Source of the DNA: Erysipelotrichaceae bacterium
GTDB lineage: Bacteria > Bacillota_I > Bacilli_A > RFN20 > CAG-826
Reading direction: 5' to 3'
Length of the DNA stretch: 57,482 nucleotides
Assembly: GCA_012729405.1 (NCBI GenBank)
Contig: JAAYDH010000020.1
Location: 1-57,482, forward strand
Below the pieces are notes generated by a model that was not told the DNA's origin, did not search any database, and saw only the letters and a program-made list of their open reading frames with translations. A program made the translations under genes and the position numbers. Of the stretch, positions 39,837-47,792 are shown in pieces (within the stretch, counting starts at the first letter, position 1; every line of letters begins with the position of its first letter).

Positions 39837-40802
39837 ATGAAAATCGCGAATCCTTTTGAAAGATTTGGTATCACTCAAGCCGATTACGACGGCACCGAAA
39901 ATTATGGTCGCTTTGTCGTCGAACCACTCGAAGGTGGTTTCGGATTAACACTCGGAAATGCTCTTCGTCGTGTCTTGCTCTCCAGCTTACCTGGCGCAAG
40001 TATTTACGCTGTCGAAGTTGAAGGTGCCCGCCACGAATTCACCGCCTTAGAAGGTGTTGAAGAAGACGTTACATCCATCATTCTCAATCTCAAGGATCTT
40101 GTCTTAAAGATCGATCCAGAAGATAACGACAATAAACGCCTCGAACTCGATGTTCAAGGACCCACTGTTGTCAAAGCGAAAGACATTCACTGCCCAACCG
40201 GTGTCGAAATCATTAATCCTGAATTAGTGATTGCCAATCTCACCGAAGCCGGACATTTGAAAATGGTCTTACACGCTCGCAATGGCCGTGGCTACGTCAC
40301 GGGTGAACAAAATAAAACCGTTCACACCTCCTTGCCTTTAGGCGCTATCTCCACTGATAGTAACTACTCTCCTGTTCGCAAGGCTAACTACGTCGTCGAA
40401 AAGACTCGTGTTGGGCACGATTCCCGCTTCGACAAGTTAACACTTGAAGTCTGGACTGATGGTTCAATCTTACCGCAAGAGGCCGTTTCCATGAGTGCAC
40501 TCATCATCATCGAACATTTGAAAAAATTTGAGAATCTCATCGAGGTTACTCGTGATATCAATATCGAAAAAGATGAAGTTCAAGTCGAAGAAAACAAATA
40601 CGAGAATATCACCATTGAAGAACTCGACTTGTCAGTTCGTTCTTACAACTGTTTAAAGAGAGCCGGTATTGCTACCGTCTTAGAATTAACCGAGAAGAGC
40701 GAAGAAGATATGATGAAAGTCAAAAACCTCGGCAAGAAATCTCTCAAAGAAATTAAAGAGAAACTTGCTGCCATTGGGTTGGCTTTCAGAGACTTTGAGT
40801 AA
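39837..40802 (+). CDS. rpoA: DNA-directed RNA polymerase subunit alpha
   Basis: GNALRRVLLSSLPG, and a C-terminal domain with RSYNCLKRAGI. ATG 39837 has better RBS spacing than ATG 39831. Confidence 0.96.
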   Translation: MKIANPFERFGITQADYDGTENYGRFVVEPLEGGFGLTLGNALRRVLLSSLPGASIYAVEVEGARHEFTALEGVEEDVTSIILNLKDLVLKIDPEDNDNKRLELDVQGPTVVKAKDIHCPTGVEIINPELVIANLTEAGHLKMVLHARNGRGYVTGEQNKTVHTSLPLGAISTDSNYSPVRKANYVVEKTRVGHDSRFDKLTLEVWTDGSILPQEAVSMSALIIIEHLKKFENLIEVTRDINIEKDEVQVEENKYENITIEELDLSVRSYNCLKRAGIATVLELTEKSEEDMMKVKNLGKKSLKEIKEKLAAIGLAFRDFE

Positions 40803-40816
40803 GGAGGTTTTAGAAA

Positions 40817-41224
40817 ATGCCAGCACAAGGTCGTAAAAACGTACATGGTAAAACCGGTGTTAGATTTAAAGCCGCTTATACCAAAAGTAAATATGAAAAC
40901 ATGCTCCGCAACGTCGTCACAGACTTAATTATTCATGGTCAAGTCAAAGTGACTGCTCGTGTTGCTAAAGACGTGGTTAGTGAAGCTGATCGTCTCGTCG
41001 CCTTAACTAAAAAGGAAGACGTGATGAATGCCAAACGCCAAGCCGCCCGCTTTGTCCGCAACGTTAAAATTGATGAGAAAGGTGATGTCACTGCTCTCGA
41101 CCACTTATTCGCTGTCTTAGGTCCAAAGTTCGCCGGCCGTAATGGTGGTGTCACTCGCCAATTAAAGTTAGGTAATCGCCGCGGTGATGATGCTCCAATC
41201 GTGCTCGTCGCCTGGGTCGAGTAA
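40817..41224 (+). CDS. rplQ: 50S ribosomal protein L17
   Basis: 135 aa, last gene of the alpha operon, ending RRGDDAPIVLVAWVE. Confidence 0.95.
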   Translation: MPAQGRKNVHGKTGVRFKAAYTKSKYENMLRNVVTDLIIHGQVKVTARVAKDVVSEADRLVALTKKEDVMNAKRQAARFVRNVKIDEKGDVTALDHLFAVLGPKFAGRNGGVTRQLKLGNRRGDDAPIVLVAWVE

Positions 41225-41243
41225 TCTAGACCTGATTCATATT

Positions 41244-41275
41244 AAAAGACTACCATTTGGTAGTCTTTTTTTTGT
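41244..41275. terminator. Bidirectional intrinsic terminator between rplQ and the convergent enoate-reductase gene
   Basis: Stem AAAAGACTACC (41244-41254) pairs with GGTAGTCTTTT (41259-41269) around a 4-nt loop. A T-run follows on the plus strand, and an A-run on plus gives a T-run on minus. Confidence 0.8.
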
Positions 41276-41288
41276 TTTTAATCTCCGA

Positions 41289-43352
41289 TTAGATTTTCAT
41301 GGCGACATCCCAAGCACGCCAGATAACGGTGCGCAGGTTGCCAACACCAAAGCAGTCGCCGACCAAGTGAACATGCCGGCCCTTTTTGGAGATTGGAGAA
41401 GGAGTATAACCAATTGAACTGATAACAGCGCTCGCTTTAATGAAAGTTTCTGTTCCTTCCTTATCGACGACCACAACTCCATCATCCTTAATTAATCTAA
41501 CCATTGTCTCGAGATAGATTGGAGTCTTGTTTAAAGCAAAGTAATCGCGTAAATAAGAGCTGTTTGCTAAGCAGACACCTTTGACAGCGATTAGATCATC
41601 TTTCATCTCGACGATGGATGGTTTCTTGCCTTTTAAGCAAAGTTCATAAGCGATTTCACAACCAGTTAAGCCGCCGCCGATAATTACAGGATTTTCACCA
41701 ACATCGACTTTACCAGAGAGAAATTCAACAGCCTCAATAGCTTTCTCGCTACCAGGAACATGGAGGTGACGAGCTTTTGAGCCGGTGGCCACAATGACTT
41801 CGTCAAAACCTTTTTCAAAACAGTCCATGCAGTTGGCTTCTTCGTTAAAGTGAATCTTGATATTTGGATATTTCTTGATCTCGTTAAGATACCATTCGAC
41901 CAAACGCTTATCATTTTCCTTAAATGAGGGAGAGCAGGCCGCGGTGAAGACACCACCTAATTTATCAGTCTTCTCGATGAGGGTGACGTTATGTCCGCGC
42001 TGTGCACAAACAATAGCGCTTTCCATACCACCGATACCGCCACCAATAACGACAACGTTCTTTACTTTTTTCGCTTTCACAATCTTGTACTTTTTCGATT
42101 GCATCGTCATTGGATTGACTGCGCAGCGCGCCATATGTAGCGCGTCGTGTAAGTCTTGATCGTTTGGCACGCCTTTATAATGCGCCATGTTAAAACATCC
42201 GTTATGGCATTGGATGCATGGACGAATTTCCTCTTCGCGTCCTTCTTTGAGTTTAGTTACCCATTCTTCGTCTGCGAGGAACTGGCGAGCGACACCCATT
42301 CCATCAATTTTGTTCGCCTTAATGGCATCCGTGGCGACATCGGGAGTCATACGACCAGCGACGACGACGGGAATGTCGACGAACTTCTTAATATGTTCTA
42401 CGTCCTCGAGATTGCAGTTATCCGGCATATACACAGGAGGATGTGCCCAGTACCACGCATCATAAGTACCGTTATCGCAGTTAAGCATATCATAGCCAGC
42501 CTCCTGCAGGTATTTAGCAGCCTTTTCGCTCTCTTCCATATCGCGACCCACTTCGGTGAATTCCTCGCCTGGAAGTGCACCTAAACCGAATCCCTTTGTC
42601 TTACTGACTACAGAATAGCGCAAGGAGACAGGGAAGTCTTTTCCGCAAACCTCTTTAATCGCTTTGACAATCTCGACTGGGAAGCGATAACGGTTCTCGA
42701 AACTACCACCCCATTTATCTTTGCGAAGATTAGTGTATTTCATCGTAAATTGATCGAGCAGATATCCTTCGTGAACGGCGTGAACTTCGACTCCGTCAAC
42801 ACCTGCTTCTTTACATAATTTTGCTGTCTTAGCGAAACCTTCGATAATCTTTTGGATTTGCTTCTCGGTCATCTCTTTAGTCATAACTTTGTCGCTCCAC
42901 CGGTTTGGAGTGACACTTGGAGCAGCATTTATCCAGTTCATATTGAAGATAGGTTTCATCAATGTCCCTAAGAACTTATTTGTACAAGCTTTGACCATAA
43001 TGTCATTTAAGGCCATCGACCGGCCGAAACCAGCAGTCAATTGAACAAACAACTTAGCTCCTGTTTTGTGCAGTTCGTCCATGAAGACTTTTAATTTTTT
43101 GTACATTCTTTTGTTAGAGTAGAGCCAACCACCCATCATCGGATTCTTAACCGGCGCGATACCAGGAAGGATTAAGCCAACATTATTTTTGGCTTTTCCC
43201 ATGATAAAATTTGCAGCCTCTTTATCGAAATGAGCAGGTTCCATCCAGCCAAAAAGACTGGTCCCACCCATCGATGTCATGACAATGCGATTCTTAATCT
43301 CAACATTTCCAATTTTCCATGGTGTAAAAAGTGGACTATATTTCTCGTTCAT
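41289..43352 (-). CDS. 2-enoate reductase / 2,4-dienoyl-CoA reductase-like flavoenzyme (OYE TIM-barrel, [4Fe-4S] and FAD/NAD(P) domains)
   Basis: 687 aa. The OYE-like N-terminus is FTPWKIGNVEIKNRIVMTSMG. The Cys cluster is CIQCHNGC...C. Two Rossmann GxGxxG motifs are present (VIGGGIGGME and IIGGGLTGCE). Confidence 0.85.
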   Translation of the reverse strand: MNEKYSPLFTPWKIGNVEIKNRIVMTSMGGTSLFGWMEPAHFDKEAANFIMGKAKNNVGLILPGIAPVKNPMMGGWLYSNKRMYKKLKVFMDELHKTGAKLFVQLTAGFGRSMALNDIMVKACTNKFLGTLMKPIFNMNWINAAPSVTPNRWSDKVMTKEMTEKQIQKIIEGFAKTAKLCKEAGVDGVEVHAVHEGYLLDQFTMKYTNLRKDKWGGSFENRYRFPVEIVKAIKEVCGKDFPVSLRYSVVSKTKGFGLGALPGEEFTEVGRDMEESEKAAKYLQEAGYDMLNCDNGTYDAWYWAHPPVYMPDNCNLEDVEHIKKFVDIPVVVAGRMTPDVATDAIKANKIDGMGVARQFLADEEWVTKLKEGREEEIRPCIQCHNGCFNMAHYKGVPNDQDLHDALHMARCAVNPMTMQSKKYKIVKAKKVKNVVVIGGGIGGMESAIVCAQRGHNVTLIEKTDKLGGVFTAACSPSFKENDKRLVEWYLNEIKKYPNIKIHFNEEANCMDCFEKGFDEVIVATGSKARHLHVPGSEKAIEAVEFLSGKVDVGENPVIIGGGLTGCEIAYELCLKGKKPSIVEMKDDLIAVKGVCLANSSYLRDYFALNKTPIYLETMVRLIKDDGVVVVDKEGTETFIKASAVISSIGYTPSPISKKGRHVHLVGDCFGVGNLRTVIWRAWDVAMKI

Positions 43353-43474
43353 ATGAATACCTCTATTATCTATATTAAATGAAAAAGTAAGGTGTTGTAT
43401 AACAAATTAAGCAAATGGTGTTATTATTTAATCAAAGAAAACGCTCGCGTTTATCATAATAAGGAGAAATTTTT

Positions 43475-44770
43475 ATGTATGTACCAAAAATGGAACTGAC
43501 TGATGAGCAACGGGACATTTTAAACGGCAAGCAAGGCGAAGTAATGGCCAAAATCATGGAAACAATTGTGATGTTTGGCGATATGTTCGAAGCTCCTCGC
43601 TTAATCAAAGTGACCCACGACGACGGCCATCTTGTCACTTCCTTCGGAATCGGAATTTGTAAACCACTATTCTCGACGATGAACCGCATTAATGAGGCAG
43701 GCATCAAAACCAAAGGTAAATTTACAGTTGATCCGCGCCCATACGATTACAAGAATGTCAAATGCTCACTTCTTGAAAAACTCGTCTTTAGCAAAATCCT
43801 TTATTCTCAACAGAAGAGATACGAAGGTCAATTAACCAAAGCTGGGCTTCGCGATGCTAACGCGTTCACATGCACATCCTATTTACCTGAAGTCGGAAAC
43901 ACCCCTAAGAAAGGCGATGTTCTTTCTTGGGCTGAGAGTTCAGCAGTTGTCTTTGTGAACTCCGTGCTTGGCGCGCGATGCAATCGTAACTCAGGTATGC
44001 TCGATTTGTTTGGATCGATTCTTGGATATGTTCCTGAATTTGGATTTTTAACCGACAAAGGAAGAAAAGCAACATGGAAAGTTATCGTTAAAACGAGCAA
44101 ACTTCCAGAGGCTCAGATCCTGGGATCAGCCATTGGCATGAAAGTCATGGAAGATGTTCCTTATGTGGTTGGATTAGACAAATTCTTAGGAACCGAATTA
44201 ACAGAAACCGCAATCGGCTATCTCAAGGATTTTGGCGCAGCAACCGCTTCAAATGGAGCAGTCGGTTTGTATCATATTGAAAATTTGACGCCTGAAGCAA
44301 AGGAATTTAAAGAGAAATTGCTTGCTCCTAACACCAAAGAATACATTGTTGATGACGAGGAACTTGAACGCGTTTATCGCGAATACCCCATCATGTGGAA
44401 AGATAAAGATAAAAAAGGAAATCTCATCTTTATTGGCTGTCCACATCTCAGTTATCAACAACTTTGTGATTGGACAGATAAGATATCAAGCGGTCTTAAA
44501 GAAACCGGAAGAAAGAGGGTTGCTATTCGAACAATATTAACCTCTTCGCCCGATGTGGTAGAAAAGTTTAAAAAGTCCGAAAAATATGAGGATTTGATGA
44601 AAACGGGAGCAAAACTTTCAAGCATCTGCGCTTTGATGTACACGAATAATCCTCTCACTAAAAAGAAAAGAATTATCACATCGTCTAACAAATTAAGAAC
44701 ATATTCATTAGCGAGATATTACAAGGATGAAGAAGTGTTAAACTTTGTCATCGGTAAGGAGGGAAAGTAA
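43475..44770 (+). CDS. Aconitase X catalytic (large) subunit, DUF521 family
   Basis: 431 aa. The N-terminus ELTDEQRDILNGKQGEVMAKIMETIV, then AESSAVVFVNSVLGARCNRNSG, is characteristic of AcnX/DUF521. The RBS aaggag lies 8 nt upstream. Confidence 0.8.
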   Translation: MYVPKMELTDEQRDILNGKQGEVMAKIMETIVMFGDMFEAPRLIKVTHDDGHLVTSFGIGICKPLFSTMNRINEAGIKTKGKFTVDPRPYDYKNVKCSLLEKLVFSKILYSQQKRYEGQLTKAGLRDANAFTCTSYLPEVGNTPKKGDVLSWAESSAVVFVNSVLGARCNRNSGMLDLFGSILGYVPEFGFLTDKGRKATWKVIVKTSKLPEAQILGSAIGMKVMEDVPYVVGLDKFLGTELTETAIGYLKDFGAATASNGAVGLYHIENLTPEAKEFKEKLLAPNTKEYIVDDEELERVYREYPIMWKDKDKKGNLIFIGCPHLSYQQLCDWTDKISSGLKETGRKRVAIRTILTSSPDVVEKFKKSEKYEDLMKTGAKLSSICALMYTNNPLTKKKRIITSSNKLRTYSLARYYKDEEVLNFVIGKEGK

Positions 44771-44771
44771 G

Positions 44772-45212
44772 ATGAAACAATTTAAAGGGCGTGTCCTCGC
44801 TGCAGGAACCTATGTCGGTGAAGCGATCGTCTCTCATCAAGGCGTCAATACATTAGCATCGTTTCAAAAAGCGATTGTGGGAAATAAGAAAACGGCCGTC
44901 ATTTCGGACCAAGGGAATAAAGATATTTACGGATTAGAAGTAACCGGAAAAGCTCTTTGCCTTCCCTTGACCATTGGTTCAACGACTGGTGGTCTTGTCA
45001 TTCAAACTATTTGTGCGATGAATATTGCCCCTGCCGCATTCCTGTTTTCCGAGCACATCGACTCGCTTGCTGGCTCAGGCATTACCCTCGCTCGCATCTG
45101 GGAAAACAGCCCGGTTATTGCCATAGATCAATTAGGAAAAGAGTTTCTCGAAACTGTCAAGACAGGTGATAAAATCGAAATTAAAGAAGACGGAACTGTC
45201 ATAATTCTTTAA
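44772..45212 (+). CDS. Aconitase X swivel-domain (small) subunit, DUF126 family
   Basis: 146 aa with MKQFKGRVLAAGTYVGEAIVS...GSTTGG. ATG 44772 lies behind aaggaggg and starts 2 nt after the large-subunit stop. Confidence 0.75.
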   Translation: MKQFKGRVLAAGTYVGEAIVSHQGVNTLASFQKAIVGNKKTAVISDQGNKDIYGLEVTGKALCLPLTIGSTTGGLVIQTICAMNIAPAAFLFSEHIDSLAGSGITLARIWENSPVIAIDQLGKEFLETVKTGDKIEIKEDGTVIIL

Positions 45213-45227
45213 TCCTAGATTTACAAT

Positions 45228-45258
45228 AAATCTCGACCCTATCGGTCGGGATTTTTTT
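45228..45258 (+). terminator. Intrinsic terminator after the acnX genes
   Basis: An 11-bp stem, AAATCTCGACC pairing with GGTCGGGATTT (one G-U pair), around a 5-nt loop, followed by a T-run. Confidence 0.8.
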
Positions 45259-45297
45259 CTTTTGTTTTGATTAGTACGGTCTAACCCATTTTTGTTC

Positions 45298-45327
45298 TTG
45301 TCAATCATGCGTGTACGCGATTAAAAT
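45298..45327 (+). promoter_or_regulatory. Candidate promoter of the hydCBA operon (TTGTCA - 17/18 nt - TAAAAT)
   Basis: Hexamers read directly at 45298-45303 and 45321-45327. Confidence 0.35.
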
Positions 45328-45369
45328 AATAGGGCTGGTTTTGTGCGATAAACCAAATAGGAGGTTATT

Positions 45370-45873
45370 ATGGCGCATTTACAAAGTAGTGCTGTAGCGA
45401 AGATTAATGAAATAGTAAATCGTTACAAAGATGAACCAACCCCACTGATGATGATTCTCGAGGATGTTCAAAGGGAATATGGGTATATCCCTCTCGATGT
45501 CCAGGAACTCATTTCTGACTTAACGGGTATTCCAGTCAGCGAAATCTATGGAGTGGTGACATTCTATTCTTTTTTCTCATTGACCCCAAAGGGCAAGTAC
45601 GTTATTGGCGTTTGCCTCGGAACCGCTTGTTATGTCAAGGGAGCCCAATTAGTCTTGGATAAATTTTGCGAGATTTTACATATTAAACCAGGAGAAACAA
45701 CTCCTGATGGATTATTCACAATTGATGTTTTTCGTTGCATCGGCGCCTGCGCTATTGCTCCAGCGGTATCAATTAATGGCAAAGTTTACCCACAAGTTAA
45801 AGTTGATAACGTCGTAAAAATTATCAACGAATACGAACACAAAGAAATGAAAGAATTGGAGGCTCAACAATAG
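45370..45873 (+). CDS. hydC: [FeFe]-hydrogenase complex subunit HydC (NuoE-like, thioredoxin-fold [2Fe-2S])
   Basis: 167 aa with the Cys pattern CLGTAC...CIGACAIAP, as in NuoE/HndA. Confidence 0.85.
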   Translation: MAHLQSSAVAKINEIVNRYKDEPTPLMMILEDVQREYGYIPLDVQELISDLTGIPVSEIYGVVTFYSFFSLTPKGKYVIGVCLGTACYVKGAQLVLDKFCEILHIKPGETTPDGLFTIDVFRCIGACAIAPAVSINGKVYPQVKVDNVVKIINEYEHKEMKELEAQQ

Positions 45874-45875
45874 TT

Positions 45876-47780
45876 ATGGCAAAGATTGACTTAATCAAGA
45901 CTGAAAAAGAACTGCTCGACAAAATCAGTCATTGTGGAGCCTGTTTAGAAAAGAAATTCCATGTTAAAGATGGTCACCGTGCGATTGTTATCTGCGGTGG
46001 TACTGGATGTTTATCCAGTGAATCAGGTGAAATCTTAGCGAAATTTAAAGCTCTTATTGAAGAGAAGGGTTTGGGTGACAAAGTCACCGCGAACATCGTC
46101 GGATGTTTCGGATTCTGCTCTCAAGGCCCGATTGTCAAGATTTTCCCTGAAGAAACTTTATACACCAAAGTTAAAGTCGCTGATGTCGATGAAATCTTTG
46201 AAAAAGACATCCTCAAAGGTGAGATTATTGAACGTCTCCTATTCATTGATCCTGTCACCAAAGAAAAAGCAATTAAACAACACGAAATTAACTTCTATAA
46301 ATTACAAAAGCGTGATATTGCTCTTCGTGGCAATGGCGACATCAATCCGGAAGACCTGGATGAAGCATTTGGAGACGGTTCGTTCCTCGGCTTAAGCAAA
46401 GCCCTTCACATGACCCGTCAAGAAGTAATCGATGAGGTCTTAAAGTCCGGTTTAAGAGGCCGTGGCGGGGCGGGATTCCCCACTGGCAGAAAATGGCAAT
46501 TCGCCTACAACATGAACGTCGAAGAAAAATACATTATTTGTAACGGAGACGAAGGTGACCCGGGAGCATTCATGGATCGGTCCATCATCGAAGGTAATCC
46601 AGTTAACGTCATCGAAGGTATGATGATTGCTGGCTATGCGATCGGCGCTAAGAACGGATATTTCTATGTTCGCGCTGAGTACCCAGTCGCGGTTGAGCGC
46701 TTGAAAAAAGCTATCTCCGAACTAGAAGAAGCGGGCTTATTGGGTGATAACATCCTCGGAACCGACTTCTCTTTCCGCTGCCACATCCGCTTGGGTGCTG
46801 GAGCATTCGTCTGCGGCGAAGAGACCGCCTTATTAAATAGCATGGAAGGTAAGCGAGGAATGCCGCGTCCCCGTCCCCCGTTCCCAGCCGTTAAAGGTTT
46901 GTGGGGTCAACCCAGTGTTATCAATAACGTTGAAACACTCGCAAACGTTCCATATATTCTCCGCGAAGGAGCTGATCATTATTACTCTTTTGGCACATCA
47001 GACAGCAAGGGAACCAAAGTTTTTGCTCTCGGCGGAAAAGTCAACAATGTCGGCTTAGTGGAAGTTCCGATGGGAACCACCTTAAGACAATTAATTTATG
47101 ACATTGGTGGCGGTATTCCTGGAGACAAGAAATTTAAAGCCATTCAAACCGGCGGACCTTCTGGCGGATGTTTAACCGAAAAGGACTTAGATACACCAAT
47201 CGACTTTGGCTCATTAATTGCTCGCGGATCCATGATGGGCTCCGGTGGCGCAATTGTTATGGATGAAGATAACTGCATGGTCGATGTCGCGAAATTCTAT
47301 ATGACTTTCATTTGCGAAGAATCATGTGGCAAATGTTCGCCTTGTCGTATCGGCACAAAGAGATGCTTAGAAATTTTAGACAAGATTTGTGATGGGAAAG
47401 GCTCATTACAAGATATTGAGGACTTGAAAGAACTAGCTCACGTTATCAAAACCAACTCCCTCTGTGGTCTTGGCCAAACAGCGGCTAATCCAATTATCTC
47501 AACGATGGCGGCCTTCCCTGAAGAATATGTATCTCACGTTGTCGATAAATCCTGTCACGCTCACGTCTGTAAGAGCATGATGCAATATCATATCGTGCCT
47601 GATGCCTGTTTTGGATGCGGTGCCTGTGCACGCGCTTGCCCAACTAGCGCCATTATCAAGACTGAAGAGCCTTCGAAGAAGAACCCCCGCCTCTTCATCC
47701 ACACTATCTTACAAAACAAATGTATTAAGTGCGGATCATGTATGGCGACATGTCGCTTCAACTCAATTATTAAGCAATAG
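45876..47780 (+). CDS. hydB: [FeFe]-hydrogenase complex subunit HydB (NuoF-like NAD(P)H/FMN subunit with extra Fe-S domains)
   Basis: 634 aa with GRGGAGFPTGRKW, GDEGDPGAF and SCGKCSPCR. It has an N-terminal [2Fe-2S]-like domain and two C-terminal ferredoxin motifs (CFGCGACARACP and CIKCGSCMATC). Confidence 0.88.
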   Translation: MAKIDLIKTEKELLDKISHCGACLEKKFHVKDGHRAIVICGGTGCLSSESGEILAKFKALIEEKGLGDKVTANIVGCFGFCSQGPIVKIFPEETLYTKVKVADVDEIFEKDILKGEIIERLLFIDPVTKEKAIKQHEINFYKLQKRDIALRGNGDINPEDLDEAFGDGSFLGLSKALHMTRQEVIDEVLKSGLRGRGGAGFPTGRKWQFAYNMNVEEKYIICNGDEGDPGAFMDRSIIEGNPVNVIEGMMIAGYAIGAKNGYFYVRAEYPVAVERLKKAISELEEAGLLGDNILGTDFSFRCHIRLGAGAFVCGEETALLNSMEGKRGMPRPRPPFPAVKGLWGQPSVINNVETLANVPYILREGADHYYSFGTSDSKGTKVFALGGKVNNVGLVEVPMGTTLRQLIYDIGGGIPGDKKFKAIQTGGPSGGCLTEKDLDTPIDFGSLIARGSMMGSGGAIVMDEDNCMVDVAKFYMTFICEESCGKCSPCRIGTKRCLEILDKICDGKGSLQDIEDLKELAHVIKTNSLCGLGQTAANPIISTMAAFPEEYVSHVVDKSCHAHVCKSMMQYHIVPDACFGCGACARACPTSAIIKTEEPSKKNPRLFIHTILQNKCIKCGSCMATCRFNSIIKQ

Positions 47781-47792
47781 GAGGAACCAAAG

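Noticed and set aside
45259-45369. A Rex operator (TTGTGAA-N4-TTCACAA-like) upstream of the hydrogenase operon.
   Set aside because: I found no convincing inverted repeat of that type. The short GTAC-centred sequence in the promoter spacer is not a true palindrome.
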